From the NCBI GenBank assembly GCA_000182565.2, contig KQ257451.1: a DNA stretch of 64,000 nt; one strand, written 5' to 3'. This DNA comes from Spizellomyces punctatus DAOM BR117 (Eukaryota). Positions 39,442-50,100 of the stretch are shown in pieces. Position 1 is the first letter of the stretch; each line of letters begins with the position of its first letter. The translations under genes and the position numbers were made by a program. Under the pieces are notes generated by a model. That model was not told where the DNA came from, did no database searches, and saw only the letters and a list, made by a program, of their open reading frames with translations.

Positions 39442-40554
39442 GTCTGTCGTCTTTTGTATTGTAATGGAGGTGGGGTATATTCCAGTTTGCTGCGCACGAG
39501 AACCGCCTTTGTTGGCGGGGCGAACTGGGCAAAGGGCGAGATCCAGGCGTGGGAAAAAAAACACGTATCAATGGGTATAATCGCGTGTAAAGGAACTAGT
39601 TGGTAGATCTGTCGACCGACGACGACCACGCCGAGAACGATGTGTGTGTGTTGCTGCCTTGTTTTGTTTCGGGGGTCGAGCCCGGGGCAGATAAGTACAG
39701 ATCTTGAGCAGGATAACCGTGGTAATAATCAACTCCTCCAAGTATTAAAAAAAAAGAACGAGGCGACAAAGAGGAAAAACACACTCGAGCGTGTTGTTTT
39801 ATAAGCGCGCAAGGATGTCCTAGGACGACGACATGCAGCGGAAGGGGGGGGATGGGAGGGGGAAAAGGTCCTCAAAGGACAATAACACACAAAGGAGTGA
39901 GACAAAGATCGGAAGTCTAGCAAGCGTCTCTTCCCAATATGTTCTTGTCCGAGTCTGGCTTTTTTTTTTGAGAGTCCTTTTTCGAAACTTGAAGTTTGTT
40001 GTTGGGAGGATTTTCAAAAAGGAAAAGGGCGTAAGAAGGAGGAGGGCCCAAAAGGAACCGTTTTTTAAAGGAGCTCACAAAATCAAGGGCCTTTGTTAAA
40101 CGACAGATGATGCCTGCCAAAATAATAAAAAGGTCGTGGCGAGAAGAAGAAGAAGACAACGAAGAAGGAATGGAAGAGGAGCGCGCGCAGTACACAAAGT
40201 GTTTTTTCTTGTGTGTTTGTGTGTTTTGTTTACCCTACTTTCATAATTTTGGGCCCGACAAGGTCAATCTCCCAACCCTTTAGCCTTCCCACTTTAACAG
40301 AGCCTCTCGCCAGCTCTCAAGGCGAGGTCCAAGGGGGGGGACAGAAAACAACAATCAAAAAGAAGGGCCTATTTTCTCCTCCTCCGTCCACCCCCAAGCG
40401 CCAACCACAAGGGAAGGAAGGAGGAGGGGGGGAAATATTGCAAAAAAAAAAACGTAAACGTTTGATATTGTGTGTGTGTGTATAGATGGGTGTGTGTGTG
40501 TGCAATGTGCTTCAATGATGCCATGTCATTCGTCTCCTTTGCTTTCCCTCCCAT

Positions 40555-40583
40555 CCCCCCACCCACCCACCCACCCACCCACC
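40555..40583. repeat. (CCCA)n microsatellite; (TGGG)n on the minus strand can form a G-quadruplex
   Basis: CCCCCCACCCACCCACCCACCCACCCACC upstream of the kinase gene. Confidence 0.85.
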
Positions 40584-42212
40584 AGACAACATAATAAAGA
40601 ATAAGTACGAGGTGCAGGGTTCAAAAAAAGATCTGGCGCAAACCCAACAACCAGATATAACAAATCAAATACGAAATACAACACAAAAAAGGGCATTTTA
40701 ATCATGTCCCCAGATCACACAAAGGAGAAGTGTGAAATGTAGCAAAAAGGCACAAGGGGGGCCAAGGGCAGCCAAGGGCGGGCAACAAAAATAACCATCA
40801 ACTATGAAGCAAACAAGAAAAAACCCAAACCAGGGCCTTGTGTGTGTTCGTGTCTACACTAACATGGGCGTAGTGTGTGCATCTGAACAAAAAGATCCAT
40901 ACACAGACTCTCAACTACGTGTGTGCTCGCTTGGAACTGCAAAAGGACATGGCAGGCCAGCTACAGAATCTCTTGCGCCTTTTGGCCATTTGGTCATGTT
41001 TGCAACCTTTGGTAATAACGTGCGCGCTAAAACAGGACTCGAAGGGCTGCAAGGGACAAGAGAAGGGCTCGCTCGCCAGTTGAAACGCCCGTTCTACTTG
41101 CTGCGCATTCGATCCTTTTGCATCAAATCTTGAAAGTCCACATGCTTTGATGCTCAAAGCTTATTAGTGATCTCAATCACCGGCATTGTTCATCGTCATC
41201 ATCATCGTCGTCGTTCCTTGTCGTTGTCGTCGTGATCGTATTCAACAAAAGTATTCATCGACAAGTCGAAAAAAAGAACACCTTCTTCTTGATCAACAGC
41301 GCATGGAGGACAAGGATTACCAAAAATGGTTAAATGAGCCATGCCACACTCCCGGGTCACGGCCAGAACCGATAGGCTGGCCACAGAATTTGATTACGCA
41401 AGGCGTATGTCCCTACGAGCTTACAACGATTTCACACTTCTAGTTTGCTTTGGGGCAATGCACACAGATGGACAGTTTACGGGAAGCGTCTTGGGATGGA
41501 CAGTTGCACACGTACGAAGGTCATGCAGTCCCTTCAGCCACCTCAACCACTAGCACCTCCACCACAACTTGAACGTTTAGAATTAAAGAGAGCAACCGGT
41601 AAACACTTTCAAGGGGCGAAATTGAAATTACTCGGAGAAAAACACAACTAGGATGCGGTAAAGGCAATCCCATCATGATGACCATATTAGTACAACCCGT
41701 ACGAGTCGGACAAAGTAGAGCAGACACGCACACAGGACGATTGAGGCCACCCAACCCGATATATCGGGAAGCCCTTGTAGGGCCCAGGAGTCAAAGAAGG
41801 GAACCATATGACGTTTTGCAACCTTCTTTGGACATACCATGGCCATTCTTTTTGGGTGATTTGCATGCCGGATGCGCGCAAGTTCCATTGAATTATTCCT
41901 GGCTCCATCACTGTCAAATTCTTTTTATCCAGAAGTTGCACAGGAAACCTGCATCTCTCCTTCGCCTTTGTTCATGATGGGTGGGTGGTGATCAGCAGAC
42001 GTTAGACTCTGGATATTATTGCAGGAGCGGTGAGGGGAGCAATTAGATCGAGTTGGCATTGGGAACACTCGAGATAAGATGAATGGGCTTGACAAACCCG
42101 ACAATCCGAAGCTGATCGTCAAGCCTATTTGAAAATCATGACGACAATGCAAGGTCAAAAATAAAGACAAGGAAACGAGGTTTGGTAGAGTCCTTTTAAT
42201 GCTCGGAGAATA

Positions 42213-42307
42213 GCTTTCCTCCGACGGATTTTACACTAGGGCAGCAATGACCGGAGGATGGCTTGCTCCGATGGTTTTTGCACTAGGGCAGCCATCAAAA
42301 GGATTGC
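42213..42307. repeat. Imperfect two-copy direct repeat, period about 47 nt, intergenic
   Basis: CTCCGACGGATTTTACACTAGGGCAGCAAT (42219) versus CTCCGATGGTTTTTGCACTAGGGCAGCCAT (42266). Confidence 0.8.
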
Positions 42308-44163
42308 ATGTTGATGAAGGGCCCTTGTTCACAAAATCGGTGCAGAGCCATAGCATAGAGCAAAGTGTCGAAATTCCAACGTCTTGCATTTACATCTCTT
42401 ACATATACACAGTTATTCAATAGTGCCATGTCTGATTATGAGACTCATCTTATTTACTTTGACCAGCACACAACACAGGATCGAAAGAGACATGCCGCAT
42501 TGTCCTAACCCATGGCAAACAACACCGTCATCCTTCCGCTCAAAACGCCCACTTCTGCTGCAATAAGCCTCGTACCCTCTCCCTTTGGGTACTGTTGAAA
42601 ACGCCCACCCTATATCTCCCTTTTATTTTTTACGCCGAGGTAGCCCCCGTCGTACCCGCCGAGATGGGAGTGTTCCACCTGACGTTGATCTGACGTTTTT
42701 CAATGTGGGTCCTAAACCCTTCTTCAAGGGCTTTAATTCCAAAGGGAGACACGTCCAACACCACGGCACGCTCTTTGCTAAAGTAAGCCTAAATTCCGCG
42801 CCTGGAATTGGACTGTGAAAAATGGCTATGGCCCCGCGTCCGCATTCTTTTATTAACACTGGTGTTGTTTGTTTTTGTACAGTAGGGTCTCGATCATGAG
42901 TCCTCGCCTTTTAATAAAGCTATTCACAGCTTTATGGATCTGCGTGCCCTTGACTAATGGATTTGATGGGATCTTTTGTCTTACCCAGGACATCTCTCCT
43001 TTAGCGTTCCAAACACCTCCCCAGCTGACACTTTGCGGGCGCCCTCTCTGATGGACATGCATTTAGGGCCTGCATAGCTTGGCTCATGGATGTGGATGTG
43101 ATTGCTCTGTGGCATTGTCCTGACCTTTCCCGCGCGTCTTATCAGATGGACATGGGTCTAGAGCCTGCATCGCTTGGCTGATGGATGTGGATGGGATTCT
43201 AGCATTTTTGAGCCTCGGCCTTGTTTACTAGCTTTTACAGGACATCCCTTTACACAGAGTTCCGATCCACGACAATGTACGCGCTCGCCAATGGATTGTT
43301 TACTCAGCGTGTCGCGTTCGTGTTTGTTTTTGTTTTTCTTCCTTTGATCAGGTTCTTTGTAGACTCTCCACGCGTACACAAGAACAACGCTTGCAGTTGC
43401 GTTGCTTTTGCTGCGGCAGTCAATCCAGCTGTCACGGCAAAGTACGGGCATGTGCGCGAGCGGGCAGACCCAGCATTGTTCTCCTCCATATCGGTACATG
43501 TTTACGAAAAGCAGATATATTGATCCATTTGATGACTTTTTGGGTAGTGGACAAGATGCAAGTCACGCAGAGGCAAAACACACACACACGTCCCAAAACC
43601 GCTCTGTGTACTTGTCACGCGTGCATTGAATGACACTCTCATATTATCCAAGTACTAAAGTGGATTTTCACCCCATCATTGATATATCCATTGCATTTCT
43701 TGTCTTGTGCGTGAGATATCCAAAAAGAAAAAAAAACCCCCCAAATGTCCCAAATATCAACAGCCATCTAGTCTTCGAAAAGGTGTTCAAAATCCAAAAC
43801 GGCGGTAGCGACGGCCGCAAAAAAAAAAAAACGGCCCGTGCCACTCGAGGCGAATTCGGAGCCGGTTACCGTAAATTGTGCCTTGAAGCCCCGTGTGTTT
43901 CAGCTTGGATCGGTACGGGGTCATTTGCGTTTCAGACTGTCCAAAGATGAGACACAAACGACGACGACGACGACGAACGACTCTTAATCAATCCAAAGAC
44001 TTTGGACTTGCGAAAACAGTTACCAGTCTTGTAAAACATTTTACGACAACGAGGTTGATTCACTGGTCAACACGAGCGAGCAAGCGAGGACGTAACGTAG
44101 AAAGACGCAAGACAAGATTCTGGCCCATGTGCGAAACTCTAGCGTAGTTCTTACCGACGAACC

Positions 44164-47100
44164 ATGCCCCCGCGACTACCATCTCTAGGTTTGGGGGCAT
44201 TCTTGCTCCCCATTCTCTCTATCCTCCTCGTATTCCCTGGCCCAACATTTACTGCCACTGGCCGGTTTTCAACGCCAGGAATTTGTCAAACCTTTCTAAC
44301 CACTCTTCCACCCGTTCTAGACATTTTTGCGATAGAGGACCCAGATGCCTCTGTCCAATCATGCGCAAACCAATGCGTATCACAGAACCCACCGGTCAAC
44401 AGGATTGCTATGGGCGCTGGGACGCAAGACGGTCGAGTCTTTATCTCGTGCGCTTGTTTCCCAGCAGATCAAGCTCCACCTTCGACAAACCCACCTCCGC
44501 AGTCTTGCTCAACGGTCTGTGTGCGGGACGGATTCTCCTGTGGGAGTTCGGTAGATCCTAGGACCTGGACGGTGTATACAGTCTCTATTCAATTGGATTC
44601 GCCGGCCGTGACTGGGCCGACAAAGGGAACTGCCGTGGGAGCAGGGAATAAAGTGGATGGAGGCAGCCGACAAGGTGTGAATCTCGCTCCAATCATCTTT
44701 GGCGTTGCGGTGGGATTGGTGGTGATCGGAGCGGGAGCTGGGTTCTTGATGTACCGGCGTCGTAAAAGGGCAAACATCAGTCCATTCCGTGAGCGAAAAG
44801 TCGGGACGATTAATAAAGGAGACTCTACCGGACCAGATGGAAACGGTGGGGACATGGAACGAGGATATCGAGCGCAAACAGAGTATACAAACACTGCGGG
44901 GGGTGTCCTGGCGATGCCGAATGCTGAAATGCAAATGACCGAGCTGGACTCGCGCATGAGGCTGCCGAATGGTGGAGCTGGTTTACCTCCACCCGTAGGC
45001 CCAGTCAGTGACCGCAGCATGTTGGTGGCAGGAGCCGGACCAGTAGCAGCTGTTCGCGCAGACATTCCCCAAGGATCGCAGCAAGGATCATTGGAAAGAA
45101 CGGTTCTCGCGACAGGAAATACCACTGTCCCACCAATTCAGGCCTTTGATCCTCCTAAACCCATAAACCAATCCCAACCTAATGCCCCACAACGCGCGGC
45201 CCCCTTCCCCCTATCCGTGGATCAAATGGGTTCCCTCGAACGAGCCGTATTGACAGCGGCCAGTTCGGTCGCTGAACCACTTGCCGAGAATCCTACGGCG
45301 CCTGCAAGACCAGCCCTCGTAAATTCTGCCAATGTCATAACAGCCAATATGGCCATCATCCCATCCATTCCCCTCTCCGTCTTATCGTCAGGAAAGAAAT
45401 CCGATACATATACACTGCCTCCGCAGCTCCGTCAAGAGAATTTTGAGGAATTTGAGAGATCGAATGTAGTCCAAAATCAACAAAAGTCGCGTGACAAGCG
45501 CCCGGATTCGGGTCTGGGTGGTTCGTTGGAACGCTCCTCTATTCTTGGTTTGGTTCCCGACGTCATGCCTACCCCGCCACCCCGTGCGCAATCGGTCAGG
45601 CCGGGCACGACGGAGCCAAAGAACGCACAGTCCAGTGTTATTCCCGATTTTGGACAGCAGCAGCAGCAGCAAAAGCAGGTAGGACCCATGAGTAAGAATC
45701 CCGCCACCAATGCCCCACGGACAACGACGACTGTTTCCCAGCGGAGTGAGAAATCAGAGACCCAAAAGGCAGATAAACCAGTGACTGCACCAGCTGCTGA
45801 ACCCAATATACAAAAGAGGGGCCCTGTTCCGATATTGCAGGCTCCACCGAGGAAAGTCAAGAAAAATGGCCAAAATTCCGCTTCCCAGCAGCCCCAAAAC
45901 CCGACGCTGACAACCACACCTTTCACTCCACCCCAAGGCCCGCCGCCTACAGAGGAGCTCCCCATTCCTGCATCGGCAAACGTACCACTCTCAAGTCTCG
46001 ATCGTTCCCTACCGCCGCATTCACTACCCCCTACCGCATCCCGTCCGCCTGCTTTCGAAATCCCTCCACCAACCCGCCCAGCGCCAACTCAGCCTCCCAG
46101 CCAGCAAACCTCTGCGAACTCCAATCCCCGCAAAAGTACAGCAGGCACACTGCAGAACGGACAGCCCAAAACCATCAAAATCGATGACCAAATCATGAAG
46201 GATGCTTCTTCACGCGTCGTTTCGGTGCGAGTGAGCTCGTTACCAGAGACTCGCATACGTGAGGATGAAAAGATGCTTATGGGCCGGCTTTTGAAGCAAG
46301 GTGAAGCCACAATGACTGAGCAGAGTCAATCGTCGGGAATGCCAACGGTGCCCACGCCATCGCAAAAGGATGTTTCTACACCTGGATCTGGTCGGACGGA
46401 TGACGCTAAACCAGTACACAACCCGCAAGCGGCTCTCGAAGCTCTTTTGAAGATTGAGCTCCCCAAACGGGTGGAAAGGCGACTATCAAGCCCAGCAAGG
46501 AAGACGAATAAAGGTTCAGTCAGTAAAGTGGATGAACCAGATGCACGAGCGCCACAAGACCAACTTGGTCCACCTGGCCGCTCTGATACTCTAACCAATG
46601 CACCCCAACGCGACGTGAGCGCTCTCCCAAAATCATCAGACCCATCCACATCCCAACCCACAGTCAAACCCGAAACGATGCAGCGCGCCATTGACCGATT
46701 CCGCGACATTGCACGCGCGTCAGCAGAACTCAAGAACCCCGTGCCAATGCAACGCGCCGTGGATCGCTTCAAAGAAGTCCAGGGGACATTGGAGAGGAAG
46801 CGCGAAAGGGCGAACCAAAAAGAAGCAACGCAAGTAACGGAACCCGTTGAGGACAATTCGTCAAACGTTCCCGTCAACCCATCCAAACCCCTCCTTCCAT
46901 CCTTGGTCCCCCGTTCAGATAGTACTAGTATGGGATCCGTCCGTCCAACAGAACGATCAGTACAAATATCAAGTACACTCCCACCGGCCGTGAAAGCTGT
47001 ATCAGGAGGATCATTGGATCGGCCAGTAGGTGGTCCTACCCCATCTTCAGTTCGTACAGTTTTGGGTCCTCCCCCTTCTACCGTACCCGTACCACCCACG

Positions 47101-50100
47101 AGGAATGCCGTACCATTGCCTCCTCCCATTCGCGGGGAACCCAGCCTTGAGCGGGCGTCATCGGTACGCACGATTGGACCTTCCATGGGGTCTTTACCGG
47201 CGCTAGGGGATGTGATGCCTCCTCCCTTGGCTCGGACTGAAGGTCCTCCGGCATCCTCGGTACGAAGTTTTCCTCCTCCGCCACCTGTGGCGCCGGGACC
47301 GCAAAGAGTGAAGAGCGAGTTGCCCCCTCCTATTGGATCATTGCCGCCATCTATGGGGAGCGATCTACCGCCTCCAGTGGAGCGTAACCTAGAGCCGACG
47401 GGACCAATGGTTCGGTCCCTCCAATCGGAGAGCTCGATGAGGACCGTCTTGCCACCTCCTATTGCCCGTGCACCACCAAGTACATCTGACCTTTTGCCTC
47501 CGGTTCGAGCAACAGGGGCAATGCAGCGGGCGTTACCGCCTCCTACGGCTGACCTTCCACCTCCTCCTCCTTCTATTCGACCAACAAGGCCAATGGAGGG
47601 GGGTCCTGCTGACGTTCCTCCCGCTGTCCAAGCAACCGGCTCCTTTTACAAGGCATCTCCACCTTCGCCAAACTCTCCACCGAGAAGCGCCTCACCACCG
47701 CAGCCAAGAGCAAGCACCATAGTCCCCGCCGCACCCCTCCGCTCCACCCTCAAACGTTCTGACCAAAAATCCAAAGTCACCAAATCAGTCCGATTCGAAA
47801 TTCCCGCTCCGAACCGCGATTCTCGTCCCATTTCTGTACGGCAGAGTTCTCTTATTAATGCTCAACGCATGCGTGCAGCATTTACTACAAATGATCCACG
47901 CGGACAGCGTGTGAGCAGCTTGGCGAATCAGCGGGGTCCGGTATTGAATGCCTATGCTATTGGGCGTCAGGCGGCGGTACCCAGACAACTTGGTGCTGGT
48001 AGAGACAGTGTGAGAGGATCCGGTATGGTGGAATACGACGGTGGAGCAAACAGGGATAGTCTCAGGACAAGAAGCGTGAATCTATCTGCGCCTCCTGCAT
48101 GGATCAAAATGAGACGGGAATCCAATATGCCGAGTCCTATGCTGGCTGGCCCTGAAGATACGCAGAGTTTGGTGAAAGAAGCACCCAAAGCGCGTCTTGC
48201 ACAGCCTGAACCCGTCCGTCCTCCCACACCAGTAAAGAAGGACGAAAGCGAGCCTCAACGTGGTCCAGCCACACCTGTCCCAACATTCTCACCGGAACCA
48301 CCCTCCGTACCCAGCGATGAAATGGAAAATGTATCTTCTCCAATTGTGCAAGTCTTACCGCCTTTGGGCCGCATCACATCCACTGAACCATCACCGAATG
48401 TTCAGTCCAAGGACGCTTTCACAAGAGGGTACGCGTCAAGTAACTCTGTATCATCAGAAGACGAGCTAGAGTCACCGTCGTCAGCTGCGTCGGAACTTAG
48501 TGTCAGTCTCAACCATCCAGCCCCTCCCTCTCCTGTTCAAGAACTGGACGACGCAGAGCCGGTTTCTTCCGAGATGGAACAACCAGGTCTTGAAATACCC
48601 AGTTACTCTACCGCAGAAGAACCTGAAGACATTCCCTCGACAATGCCATCTACCCTTCCTACACCTTCCCAAACAAGCTCCACCACTAGCTCTCAAGCGT
48701 CACCCGACGCGCGCATGTCCTTTGCTATATCCGAAACTCAAGGCAGCGAACGCACCTCCAACTTCTTTGACGCATTCTACCGTCCTACGTCTTCTCTTGT
48801 TAGTGACGAATACCTTCGAGGGACAGGCCTGCAATCAAATATGGATATGATTGACGGGGATGCAGATGACGAGCGCGAAGATGATCAAGTGCGCCGCGGT
48901 CCTTTGGTGGAGGTGGAGTTACCTGAGCGGATTCCAGTCGTTGAAACAGATCATGTTGAGGCGCATTTCAATGATGCGGAACCGCCGTTCCTGATGAATG
49001 GTTTGGCGGTCGCGTCGGAGGTATCTGCTTCGTCGTCGATGGCACATGACGAGGATAACCTGATGAGGCGTTCGGAATATTCGCAAGAGTCGGATATGGA
49101 GAGCCATGTGACGGATATGTCATTGACGGCTCCCGATGAACAGGATGAACCAGAAGAGACTGTCATCCAGGTGGTTCAAGGGGATCTTTCAACTACCCAT
49201 TCCTCAGTGCTGATATCTATTATCGATGATGAGAACATGGGGTACTCTCAAGCGGAGTCGTCATTCTTGGAGGACGTAAAGGCAGCTCTTCCTTTCTATG
49301 AGGAGGCAGAGATGTCACCGCCCATCATTACGGTCCGCGTGGGCGATACAGAGGATACAGACGAGGATGAGGACGAGTTGAATGACACACAGATGAGCTC
49401 TAGCCGGTCATCCTCTCCCAAAACGGTTGATGAAGAGGACGACACGGACACTGCATCGCCTGCAGACCTTCCTCATGCCCAGGATACCAACAGAGAAGAT
49501 GACACTGATGCTGAAATACAAGAACAGGGACACACGACCCCTCCAACTTCCGTTACGGAGAGTGCGAATGCGTCCGTGAACCCCTCCTTTGATATGCTAG
49601 AGTACGACATGACACTCCCTACATCAGCAACAACTGATCCAAGTAGTGACAATTCTGGGAAAAATTTGGAAAGCAACTTGATAGATGAGGGTTTACTCTG
49701 GGTTGAATCCGTCAAGGATGAGGATATGGATATCCTATCTCCGGAAATTGAATTTAGCGAGCAGGATACGGACGAAGAGGATGCGATCGCTTCTGTTCCA
49801 GACACCACCAGCGAGAAGCAGTTCTGGGCAGAAGATCAAGTGACACAGTCTGGCGACCTTCCTAGACAAGTGCCAAGCATCGAAGAAGCACAGCACATTG
49901 AAATGGCTCTTCCTGTTGTGCAAGTACAACGCCCAGAAATATATATGGAGACCAACATCGCATGGTCGGATGCACGCTCCGCATCTCAGCCGACCGCTCT
50001 CGCAGATCACGACACTGACGAAGAGCCTGCAAGAAGGGTTACATCGACTTCAGAACAGGTCGCCGAGTTCACCGAAACATCTAATGAGCACGACGCGGAA

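Noticed and set aside
42213-42307. CRISPR-like repeat
   Set aside because: Only two imperfect copies, a short spacer, no cas genes and a eukaryotic context.
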